Source of the DNA: Candidatus Sigynarchaeum calidifontis
GTDB taxonomy: Archaea; Asgardarchaeota; Lokiarchaeia; Sigyniarchaeales; Sigyniarchaeaceae
NCBI GenBank assembly: GCA_030587475.2
Contig: JAUQYZ020000214.1
Span: forward strand, 1 to 18,369
Reading direction: 5' to 3'
DNA: 18,369 nt
The stretch's first letter is position 1. Every line of letters starts with the position of its first letter. The notes beneath the pieces are model-generated. The model ran no database searches. It had not been told where the DNA came from and was given only the letters and a program-made list of their open reading frames with translations. Below, in pieces: positions 7,125-15,150 of the stretch. A program made the position numbers and the translations under genes.

Positions 7125-8471
7125 TCAGGGCCAATTTTTTCCCATGCGTTTACTCTGCTCGAAGGTGCGGTCAACGAGCCGTTGCAAGGAAATGTCCTTC
7201 CAGTTCGCGAGCGGGGACAAGATCTCGTCACGGACGAACCGCCTATCGTACATGGGAACGAGTTTCTCGCCAATGTAGGCACCAAGGATGGCCGCGGCGT
7301 TTCCAGCGTTGCAATCCGTGTCTAGTCCACATTCCGCCGCCCGGTGCATGGTCTGGAACATGTCGCCATCGCCGTAGATCAAGCCGACCACGATCGCCGC
7401 GTTGTTCGGGATCGTGTGGACGCCGAATGCCCTGTCTTTCTTGAGCACTGCCATTCGCCGCTTGAGCCATTCCTTGTTGACTCCCAGCCTGGTTCTTGCA
7501 TCCAGGATCAGCCCCTGGCGGTAGATCCCGGAAAGTTCGACTGCCCTCTGCCAGGCAGTCTCCCAGAACCGTGGATCGGATGTCTGGCTGAACGTGTTTA
7601 CCACGGCATCGATGTACTCGAAGAAGGTCTTGATATCCGCGATCGCGACCCGCCTGTCTTGAAGCAATAACATGGCCTCCTTCACGCGCACGATGTCGGC
7701 TTTCAGCACCTCGGCAGAGACCCCGTGATGGATGATTTCTTCTACCTTCGCCGGACGCTCTGGTAACGGCATCCGCGCGGATATCGCGACGGATCTCGGG
7801 AAATTCACCTTGGTCTTGGTGTCCATCGGGTCGTGATCGATGCCGGCCGCCACCATCGCCGAGACGAAGAGCTCGCCAGCGATGCCGACGCCGCGGTGGG
7901 CGATCCACGCGTCCTCGAGGGACAGCTGGAGGCAGGGCCGTAGCCGCTCCAGGTCGGCTTCGGGCGTCGGGATGGGATCCGCGTGCCAGCCCCACGCCGG
8001 CGCGAGCATGCCGAACAGCTCGCCCTTCATCTGCGCGCCGATGAAATCGAAATAGGCGTTTTGATAGCGACCATCGTGGATTTCGTCCCCCGCGTGTATC
8101 CAGGGTACCCCGTGATCCATGGCATTTTCCAACGCGGCGCGCTCGGCGGTGAAAACATAGCGCCGGTCGAGATTGCTTGCCCAAAACTTGCCCAGCAAGT
8201 CAGGGGTTAGGATCTCGCGTTTCTGCTTTCTAACAGCGAGATCAGCATCGCTCAACGATTCCAAGGCGAGCAATGCAACGAGCTCGTATTGCTCGTCGTC
8301 GTTCACCATTTGCTTGTGGGTTTGGAGCCAACCCGTGAGCGGCGGGCGCATCTTCTGGATTTCCTCCCTTGTCCTCCCCTCCACGCGGCCCGCGTACGTG
8401 CCTCCGGAGATCTTGCCCAGCCAGCAGCCCGCGATCTTGTCCTTGAGGAATTCCTCGGTTGTACATGCCAT
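7125..8471 (-). CDS. ADP-ribosylglycohydrolase family protein (second subtype, with internal insertion), 448 aa
   Basis: KIAGCWLGKISGGTYAGRVEG, NDDEQYE, FTAERAALEN, DFIGAQMKGELFG, HTIPNNAAIVVGLIYGDGD, CGLDTDCNAGNAAAILGA. Confidence 0.85.
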   Translation of the reverse strand: MACTTEEFLKDKIAGCWLGKISGGTYAGRVEGRTREEIQKMRPPLTGWLQTHKQMVNDDEQYELVALLALESLSDADLAVRKQKREILTPDLLGKFWASNLDRRYVFTAERAALENAMDHGVPWIHAGDEIHDGRYQNAYFDFIGAQMKGELFGMLAPAWGWHADPIPTPEADLERLRPCLQLSLEDAWIAHRGVGIAGELFVSAMVAAGIDHDPMDTKTKVNFPRSVAISARMPLPERPAKVEEIIHHGVSAEVLKADIVRVKEAMLLLQDRRVAIADIKTFFEYIDAVVNTFSQTSDPRFWETAWQRAVELSGIYRQGLILDARTRLGVNKEWLKRRMAVLKKDRAFGVHTIPNNAAIVVGLIYGDGDMFQTMHRAAECGLDTDCNAGNAAAILGAYIGEKLVPMYDRRFVRDEILSPLANWKDISLQRLVDRTFEQSKRMGKNWP

Positions 8472-8528
8472 GATCTAGCCTTCAAGAGAATCCTCAAAAG
8501 CCTTTCAACCGGCCCACCCCCCCTCGTC

Positions 8529-9095
8529 CTAGCCGATCTTGAGCAAGCGCGTTAGAGGTTTGCCAATCAAGAACACGATGAATTCGAGCAGCGGCGAGCC
8601 GCCTTCCACGTGCAAGCCCTTGAGCCTGGCCTGGAACGCGTCGAGCGTGTTGCCCGTGAGGTTGCCGACCATGATGGCTTGGATGCTGGTGACGATGGCA
8701 GATGCCTTTTCCTTGCCGTACACGCGCAAAAGCTCCCGCGCGGCGTCACGATCCGGCTTGCCGCGTGATTCCGCGTAATGCTGCGCGAATGCGAGTGCCA
8801 CGAGCTCGTCATCATTGACATTTCCGAATTCTGAATCCAGGATCGCTTTGACATCTGCTGCCGTGCATCCGGATTGCAAGGCAAGCTTGCTGTGGATGAA
8901 GGAACAATAACGGCACTTGTTGACCGCCGTGACCGCGAGCACCACGCGTTCCTTGAATCCTGGCTCGATGCCTTGCACTTTTTTTTCTATCCCGATGACA
9001 AGGAGCGATCTCAATGCGATCGCGAGGTCCCGGATGATCCCGCCAAAGGTGTAACTTCGCTTCGTGAACTGGGGCCTTCTTGTTCGTTGCTCCAT
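8529..9095 (-). CDS. AhpD / carboxymuconolactone decarboxylase family protein with CxxC, about 188 aa
   Basis: FKERVVLAVTAVNKCRYCSFIH (AhpD core ExxxLAVxxxNxCxxCxxxH) and ALAFAQHYAESRGKP. I prefer ATG 9095 over the track start at 9182, which runs through a promoter-like AT-rich, palindromic region. Confidence 0.85.
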   Translation of the reverse strand: MEQRTRRPQFTKRSYTFGGIIRDLAIALRSLLVIGIEKKVQGIEPGFKERVVLAVTAVNKCRYCSFIHSKLALQSGCTAADVKAILDSEFGNVNDDELVALAFAQHYAESRGKPDRDAARELLRVYGKEKASAIVTSIQAIMVGNLTGNTLDAFQARLKGLHVEGGSPLLEFIVFLIGKPLTRLLKIG

Positions 9096-9117
9096 GGTGA
9101 TAGTTGGTGAACGTCGG

Positions 9118-9139
9118 CGCACGATGGATGCATCGTGCG
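9118..9139. promoter_or_regulatory. Perfect 9-bp inverted repeat CGCACGATG-gatg-CATCGTGCG, a candidate operator in a divergent promoter
   Basis: Seen directly. It lies between a minus-strand TTTTTTATC (9152-9144) and the AhpD-like start. A plus-strand ATTTATTTAA at 9181-9190 may serve the ligase gene. Confidence 0.5.
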
Positions 9140-9248
9140 GGTAGATAAAAAACATGATCCAACGCGCCCCCGTCGAGGGCATTTATTTAAGGTTTCCAAC
9201 GAGATTCTGAAGTGGATCGCATGAATTAGCTTGCGAGAGGATCGCGAA

Positions 9249-10886
9249 ATGTCTCTAATGAGCGAAGTAGTCTATCAAAACCTCAACGAGGTATTGGACG
9301 AGAAAGCCGTAAAACAACCGGGCAAGGTCGTCATTCAATACGAAGACAAGAAACTCACGTACGAGCAATTCCGGGAGAAAGTGCTCAAACTCGCCAACGT
9401 GTTTTTGTCGCTCGGTGCAAAGAAAAAGGACTTTATAGGAATACAGACGAGTAACAGCATTGAATTTGCGGTCTCGATCTACGCGTGCTGGCGCATAGGT
9501 GCCGTCGCGACGCCCTTGATCAGCCTGTGGCAAACGAGGGAAGTGGCAGAGGCCGTCGACCGCGCGAAGATCGGGATAATGGTCGTCAAGTCGTCGATCA
9601 CGAGCGTCGCCGCCAAGATGTGCAAGACCGAGGGAGTCAAGACCATCATCATCGGCGACACGACGTCCTACAAGGACTTGCCCGGCTTCGTCGGGGAGTA
9701 TTGGGACATGATCGAGAAAGCCCCCGCGACCGACCCGAAAATAGCTGTTGCGAGGAACGATCTCGCGTCTTGCCACTTCACGAGCGGCACGACGGGCCAG
9801 TCGAAGGGCGTGCTTCACGATCATATCGGCTATCTCTACGCCGGCCTGGTCCATACCAAGACCTTCGGGCTGACATCGGACGAGTTCATCTACCTGGTCC
9901 TGCCAATGTACCACATCTTTGGTTTCGTCAACCTGGCGAGTACTTTATTTGTCGGTGGAAGCATCCGCATGCTGGACAAGTTCGACCCGCAAGTCCTGCT
10001 TAAATCCTTCGAGGACCCTTCCATGACACTGTTCTGCGGCGTGCCGAGCATCTACAAGATGCTCATGTCACAAGATAACGTCGAATCCTTCAAGGTGAGC
10101 ACCAAGAACCGATATTTCATATCGGGTGCCGGCCCGCTGCCGCCCGAGACCGAGGCGGACCTGAACAAGCGGTTACTCCGCGGCAATGGCCGTACATGCC
10201 AGGCATATGGCTCCACCGAGGACATTTGCGTTGGTGCCGCGAATTTCGAAAAAGCCATTCCCGGTGCCATCGGGAAGCCCATGATCGGCTGCGAGCTGGA
10301 GCTCGTCGATGATGACGGGAACATTCTCCCGTACGGCAAGGAACATGTTGGCGAGGTCGTCAACAAGGGGCCACACGTCATGCTCGGGTACCTCGGCGAC
10401 CCCAAGGCCGCTGACATCATCGACCACAAGACCACGGATCCCGTGCTCAAGCCCATCAAGGGCCGCGAGGGCATCTGGTACTGGAGCGGCGATGTCGGGT
10501 ATCGTGACGAGAACGGCGTGTTCTACTTGACCGACCGGTCGAAGGACATCGCCAAGGTTTCCGAGCGGCTCGTGTATCCCAGCGAGATCGAGATCACGCT
10601 TCGGAACCACCCGGGCGTGAAGGAAATCGCCGTGCTGGGCGTCCCGCACAAGACCTACGGGGAGCAGCTCCTCGCGGTCGTCGTGCCGACGGCCGAGTGG
10701 AAGGATCGGACTAACGAGCTCGAGGCCGAGCTGCGTGGCATCGCCGAGAAAGAGCTGGCCAAGTATAAAATTCCTCGTCATTGGTGGTTCAAGAACCAGC
10801 TCCAGACGAATTCCCTTGGCAAGGTTTTAAAGAAAGAGTACCGGGATCAATTCAAAAAACTCATGGAGAAGGGCAAGATCGAATAA
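9249..10886 (+). CDS. Class I adenylate-forming enzyme (long-chain acyl-CoA synthetase-like, AMP-binding)
   Basis: P-loop FTSGTTGQSKG, LPMYHIFG, SGAGPL, QAYGSTE, GPHVMLGY, SGDVG, DRSKD..VYPSEIE, and A10 lysine in NSLGKVLK. ATG 9249 follows GAGAGG. Alternative starts are 9231 (TTG) and 9258. Confidence 0.92.
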   Translation: MSLMSEVVYQNLNEVLDEKAVKQPGKVVIQYEDKKLTYEQFREKVLKLANVFLSLGAKKKDFIGIQTSNSIEFAVSIYACWRIGAVATPLISLWQTREVAEAVDRAKIGIMVVKSSITSVAAKMCKTEGVKTIIIGDTTSYKDLPGFVGEYWDMIEKAPATDPKIAVARNDLASCHFTSGTTGQSKGVLHDHIGYLYAGLVHTKTFGLTSDEFIYLVLPMYHIFGFVNLASTLFVGGSIRMLDKFDPQVLLKSFEDPSMTLFCGVPSIYKMLMSQDNVESFKVSTKNRYFISGAGPLPPETEADLNKRLLRGNGRTCQAYGSTEDICVGAANFEKAIPGAIGKPMIGCELELVDDDGNILPYGKEHVGEVVNKGPHVMLGYLGDPKAADIIDHKTTDPVLKPIKGREGIWYWSGDVGYRDENGVFYLTDRSKDIAKVSERLVYPSEIEITLRNHPGVKEIAVLGVPHKTYGEQLLAVVVPTAEWKDRTNELEAELRGIAEKELAKYKIPRHWWFKNQLQTNSLGKVLKKEYRDQFKKLMEKGKIE

Positions 10887-10902
10887 CTCGTCTATCATTC
10901 TC

Positions 10903-10948
10903 TTCTTTTTTACATGAAGCATCTCCATGTGCTCGAGCAGAGCACATG
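10903..10948. terminator. Convergent terminator region: T-tract plus 9-bp hairpin CATGTGCTC-gagca-GAGCACATG
   Basis: Lies between stop codons at 10886 (+) and 10956 (-). The inverted repeat is at 10926-10948. Confidence 0.5.
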
Positions 10949-10955
10949 ACGCGCT

Positions 10956-11309
10956 TCATTGATTTGTTAGCTTGTTCGACTGGCCGATCAGCCTATCCAG
11001 CCATTCGGTTATCAACGTCTGGCGTGGCGGGTTCAGTTTCCTCTTCAAGTAGGTGAAGAATGGCCTCGTGTCGCCGCGGTTGATCTTGAGATTAAATACC
11101 TTGGCGAGTAGCAGCACTTTCTCCTCGATGTCCGCGAATTTCATGGCAAGGGGGTCGTCAGCCGGGAATCCCTTCACGAGTTTCCTCTTGATCGAGGTCA
11201 AGCTGTAGGGCTTTGCCTTCAACGCCTTGCAATAATCCAGCACATCGCTTTCGGTTTCCTTGATGAATCGCTTGAGCTGGCTCGTGTCGTCGGGGTGCGT
11301 GGCGGGCAT
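10956..11309 (-). CDS. Hypothetical small Lys-rich protein, 117 aa
   Basis: It fills the gap between two clear genes, has protein-like composition and GC-rich third positions, and has AAGGT 5 nt before the ATG. No family recognised. Confidence 0.65.
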   Translation of the reverse strand: MPATHPDDTSQLKRFIKETESDVLDYCKALKAKPYSLTSIKRKLVKGFPADDPLAMKFADIEEKVLLLAKVFNLKINRGDTRPFFTYLKRKLNPPRQTLITEWLDRLIGQSNKLTNQ

Positions 11310-11497
11310 GGTCGACCTTGTCCCGTGGAAGATCGTCGTGCTCGGACGTCTCCATGCTGTTTAGGTGAAACCCCCGTCCAGGTAGTTAAAAACGATGCGA
11401 TCGTATCGGGTTATGCATTCCAATGCGATTTGAAGTCCACCTTCTCAATCGGCGAACAAGCCGCATCCTCGCCCTTCGGTCCTATCGGTCTATAGCA

Positions 11498-11503
11498 TAT
11501 AAA
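11498..11503 (+). promoter_or_regulatory. TATA box (TATAAA) for a probably leaderless alpha-galactosidase transcript
   Basis: TATAAA ends 27 nt before ATG 11531, with no Shine-Dalgarno in between. Confidence 0.55.
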
Positions 11504-11530
11504 TGCCCGTTATACGCAGAATAAATTACC

Positions 11531-13882
11531 ATGAATTATGGCAATATCGAGATCCGGATCGACGAGTCCAGCGGCGACATCGAGATCTTTTACCGGTCCA
11601 CGCTCGTGTTCTCCGCGATCACGCCAGTGCTCTTCTATAACGACGAATGGTTGTCTGAAAAGACGGGAGAGCTCGCGTTCGAGAAGATCGCGATTCAAAG
11701 CGGTGGTAGTGGAAATAATTACGAGGGAAATCCCTATTTTCCAGAATATCACGATTTCACGAAGGTGTACCTGGTCAAGAATGGCAACGAGCAATTCAGC
11801 TGCACGTTACATGTCGTCGTCTTCCCGAAAAACCAGGCTATCTATTTTACCATGAACATCGAGGGAAACGACGCGAAATCGAACCAAATCGGCGGATTCA
11901 TCGATCTCGGGGTGCCTCAAGGGGTTTCTCGGTATCGATTTTTCCACGCGGGCAATAGACAAGCTCGGGTCGAAAAACCACCGAATGCCACGCCTCGCAT
12001 GGGCATGGGATTCTTCATCCCCTATCAAACCTCGTGGCAGCATCCCGAGATGGCCGGTCTCCTGCCGGATAACGAGAGCCTCCCGATCTCCTATCTTTTA
12101 GGCCAGCTCGGGGGCGGCATCGTGTCATTCGTGCCCGTCGATCGCTTCGGCCAGATCACGACGATCCGCGCTTGCAGTTTCCTCGATTTCCCGAACGGGG
12201 TCAAGTTCGTGTCGGGCAATTTCTTGAACGCTCAGAAATATGACCGGCTCGCGGGGGGCCTCGTGGCATTCGGCGAGGATCCGATCGAGCTATCCGAGAC
12301 GATCTTCAGGATCTACATGCAGCTCATCAACCGCGTGCACGCGATGCGCGAAAAAAAGGAATATCCCGAAATTTTCGAATACCTCGGCTTCTGCACGTGG
12401 AACACGTTTTATCAAGCAGTCGACATGCAAGGTATCAAGGACTTGCTCGAAGAAAACTTCACTTCGAAGTGTGGTTCCGACCGGTTCAAGTATCTCATCG
12501 TCGATGATGGCTGGCAATCCATCAACGGGATGACATCGACTTCAGACAAGGAAATCGGGAGTAACAAGACCGGTCGTGGCTTGCGCAAGTTCGAAGCGAA
12601 TTACAAGTTCCCAAACGACATCGGCGAGGTCGTGCGGCTTGCCAAGTTGAAGTACCGGGTCCGGTGGGTGGGCGTGTGGCATGCCGTGGGTGGCTATTGG
12701 GACGGCGTGGAACCCAACTCCGACCTTGGCCGGCGGTATCCGCTCGCGCACAACGTCCCCGATCCGTCCTTTTTCAAGGGTTTCGAGTTCTGGCACGATT
12801 ATTACGCACATCTCCGGGCACAAGGCATAGATTTCCTTAAAATCGACAATCAATCCGCCCTTGCTCATTATCTTCAAGGCATCGGGCCGGTCGACACGAT
12901 GATCGACCAGTATTATGATATGCAGCAAGGAGCCGCCTACTCGCAAAATCTTGCTGTTTTAAATTGCATGTGCATGCCCACCTATTGCTACACGCACTGG
13001 AAAATCTCGAACGTGTCCCGTGTTAGCGATGATTTCGGGCCAGGTAACCTGGCGGGCTTGAAGCACCAGGTAATGCAATGCGTGTTCAACCCGCTCTCGT
13101 ACGGGCAATTTTGTTATCCCGATCACGACATGGTCTGGACGAAACCGGCGAAGAACGGGTGCCCCGTGCACCCGCTACTACTGGTCCACGCGGTTTCTGG
13201 CGGGCCCATCTACATCGCTGACGAGATCGGCGAGACCGATGGCAAGGTCATTGAAAAGCTCAGCTTCCCGGACGGGCGCATCCCCCGTCTCGAGGGCGTG
13301 AGCATGCCGACGGTCGACTCCATTTTCGCCGACACCGAGCGGGACGCAGCGTGCAAGGCGTGGAACTACGACGACATTCCCGGTTGGGGCCGGGTATTCT
13401 ACTATTTCATGGCGAACGTGGTCAAGGACGACAACAAGCCGATCAGCGCATCGATTTCCATCGCCGACATGGGTACCATGGCCTACGCGGGCAACACGAT
13501 CCCCGCAGAACACGTGATAAAGGACGTGGAGACGAGCTTCGCCCGCACGGTCTCGGCCGAGAACGAGCGGGTCAAGACCGATCTTGCCCCGCTCCAGGCC
13601 AAGTATTACAAGATCAGCCCCGTCATCCGCGGCATCGCCTTGCTCGGCATCAGCGACGTGTACAACGGCACGAAGGACATCGAGCGCGCGGCATGGGAGA
13701 ATGACAAGACGCTGTTCGTGAATTTAAAGTATCCTGGCACCCTCGAGCTGTACGCGAAGAACCCGGACTGGGTCACCGTCAAGAACATGGCTGGCATGAA
13801 CATCCCCGTCCAGCGGGATCCCTTGAACCCCCAGCTCGTCCGGTTCCACGTCGACAGCGCGTGCCAGATCTTCCTCGCATGA
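11531..13882 (+). CDS. GH36 Sip1/raffinose-synthase-type alpha-galactosidase, 783 aa
   Basis: LGFCTWNTFY, LIVDDGWQS, VGVWHAVGGYWDGV, GIDFLKIDNQ (nucleophile Asp), LNCM, RVSDDF (acid/base Asp), PDHDM, AVSGGPIYIAD. Confidence 0.92.
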   Translation: MNYGNIEIRIDESSGDIEIFYRSTLVFSAITPVLFYNDEWLSEKTGELAFEKIAIQSGGSGNNYEGNPYFPEYHDFTKVYLVKNGNEQFSCTLHVVVFPKNQAIYFTMNIEGNDAKSNQIGGFIDLGVPQGVSRYRFFHAGNRQARVEKPPNATPRMGMGFFIPYQTSWQHPEMAGLLPDNESLPISYLLGQLGGGIVSFVPVDRFGQITTIRACSFLDFPNGVKFVSGNFLNAQKYDRLAGGLVAFGEDPIELSETIFRIYMQLINRVHAMREKKEYPEIFEYLGFCTWNTFYQAVDMQGIKDLLEENFTSKCGSDRFKYLIVDDGWQSINGMTSTSDKEIGSNKTGRGLRKFEANYKFPNDIGEVVRLAKLKYRVRWVGVWHAVGGYWDGVEPNSDLGRRYPLAHNVPDPSFFKGFEFWHDYYAHLRAQGIDFLKIDNQSALAHYLQGIGPVDTMIDQYYDMQQGAAYSQNLAVLNCMCMPTYCYTHWKISNVSRVSDDFGPGNLAGLKHQVMQCVFNPLSYGQFCYPDHDMVWTKPAKNGCPVHPLLLVHAVSGGPIYIADEIGETDGKVIEKLSFPDGRIPRLEGVSMPTVDSIFADTERDAACKAWNYDDIPGWGRVFYYFMANVVKDDNKPISASISIADMGTMAYAGNTIPAEHVIKDVETSFARTVSAENERVKTDLAPLQAKYYKISPVIRGIALLGISDVYNGTKDIERAAWENDKTLFVNLKYPGTLELYAKNPDWVTVKNMAGMNIPVQRDPLNPQLVRFHVDSACQIFLA

Positions 13883-13927
13883 GAACCGGATGTTTCTTCA
13901 ATTCTTGTTTTTGTAATAATAACGTGT

Positions 13928-14437
13928 TTAATGCTTCTCTTCCATTGTTAGCTCGAAGGAGCACTGGTCATCCCCTAACCCCATGAACTTCGTTCGTCGT
14001 AGCCGGACTGCCGGGTTCAAGGATCGTATGGCGGAATCATAGATCGGGATGCAGATATCCTTGCAGATCCGGGGAATAACGGCCTTGCGGCCCTCGCTGC
14101 GGTCCATGATCTCCTTGTACGGGCACCTGCTGATAGAGGCGCGTGCCTCGCGGGGGGATGGCTGTTCCACCGAAAACGTCCATCCCTCGCACCCCCACCT
14201 GAACGCGAGAACATCGATGACCCCACTGACCGTAGTGGTGTCTGTTTTTAAATATTCCTTGATACGCTTGTACGCGATCTTTAACAGAGCCAACCAAACC
14301 GCGAGGTCGATTTTTAATGCAATATCAAAATCGGTTGCCTTTTCAGTTTCGATGATCCAAAGGCCGTCAAGTGTAAAGAAATGACGGGAGAAATAAAATA
14401 GCCGGTCGTCGTTGGTGATTTCCTTCATCGTTTTCAC
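13928..14437 (-). CDS. DUF6125-like / V4R-related (ATC-hydrolase-like) small Cys-containing protein
   Basis: FFTLDGLW..E......ALKIDLAVW N-terminal signature, and a RCPY...IC...C...LNP......G.GDDQCSF Cys pattern typical of V4R-like ligand-binding folds. Alternative ATG at 14428. Confidence 0.65.
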   Translation of the reverse strand: MKTMKEITNDDRLFYFSRHFFTLDGLWIIETEKATDFDIALKIDLAVWLALLKIAYKRIKEYLKTDTTTVSGVIDVLAFRWGCEGWTFSVEQPSPREARASISRCPYKEIMDRSEGRKAVIPRICKDICIPIYDSAIRSLNPAVRLRRTKFMGLGDDQCSFELTMEEKH

Positions 14438-14465
14438 TATACACGCGCGCGTGCCGAGAACGTGC

Positions 14466-14480
14466 GAGAAGAAAAAAGAG
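14466..14480 (-). terminator. Pyrimidine/oligo-T tract after the trpG stop, a candidate archaeal-type terminator
   Basis: The minus strand reads CTCTTTTTTCTTCTC about 7 nt after the TAA of trpG. Confidence 0.4.
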
Positions 14481-14487
14481 ATTGTGA

Positions 14488-15144
14488 TTAAAATTTCTTC
14501 GGGATCCGTAGAAAATTCGCTATCATGACCATCCCGTGGGGGCGCATCATGATCGATTCAGGGTGAAATTGCACGCCATGGGTCTCGTGTTTCGCGTGCC
14601 GAACCGCCATGATGGTCCCGTCGTCGGCCATGGCCGTGATGCGTAGATCTTTAGGCAATATATCCGCCTTGGCGGCAAGCGAATGGTACCGGACGACAAG
14701 TACTGGATTCGGGATGTTCTTGAAGATAGCCTCGCCGTCATGAAATATACGGGACATCTTGCCATGCTTTGGGCCGACGTTGGCACGCCCCACGTACTCG
14801 GTTTTCTCGTCGTTACCGAAGGCCTCGCAGATGGCCTGGTGCCCGAGACACACGCCGAAGATGGGCACCTCGGGGGCGAATTGCTTGATGATCGGGATCA
14901 CGTTCGCGGTCTCGTACTTCGGGTGGCCCGGCCCGGGGCTGATGAATATCTTGTCGGGCGCATAAGCACGTACCTCGGCGGGCGTGATCGTATTCGGGAC
15001 GACCTTGACCTTTGCTTCGGACGCGCTGCAGATATAGGTAACGAGGTTGTATACAAACGAGTCATAATTGTTGATGAACAGCACCCGCTGGTGTCCTGGC
15101 ACGAACGGCTGCTGGGATTCAACTTGTCTCGCGATTTCTACCAT
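14488..15144 (-). CDS. trpG: Anthranilate synthase component II (glutamine amidotransferase)
   Basis: NNYDSFVYNL, ISPGPGHP, IFGVCLGHQAI (catalytic Cys), RYHSL, GVQFHPES (His-x-Glu). GGTGA RBS overlaps the trpE stop. Operon context with trpE, trpA and trpB. Confidence 0.93.
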   Translation of the reverse strand: MVEIARQVESQQPFVPGHQRVLFINNYDSFVYNLVTYICSASEAKVKVVPNTITPAEVRAYAPDKIFISPGPGHPKYETANVIPIIKQFAPEVPIFGVCLGHQAICEAFGNDEKTEYVGRANVGPKHGKMSRIFHDGEAIFKNIPNPVLVVRYHSLAAKADILPKDLRITAMADDGTIMAVRHAKHETHGVQFHPESIMMRPHGMVMIANFLRIPKKF

Positions 15145-15150
15145 GTCGAT

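Noticed and set aside
4625-8471. ARH pair as a toxin-antitoxin/anti-phage module or DraT/DraG nitrogenase switch
   Set aside because: No ADP-ribosyltransferase, nif gene or defence-associated gene in the window, and the neighbours are metabolic.
9096-9182. 29-aa N-terminal extension of the AhpD-like ORF
   Set aside because: It overlaps TATA-like and palindromic promoter sequence and looks non-protein-like. ATG 9095 is more plausible.
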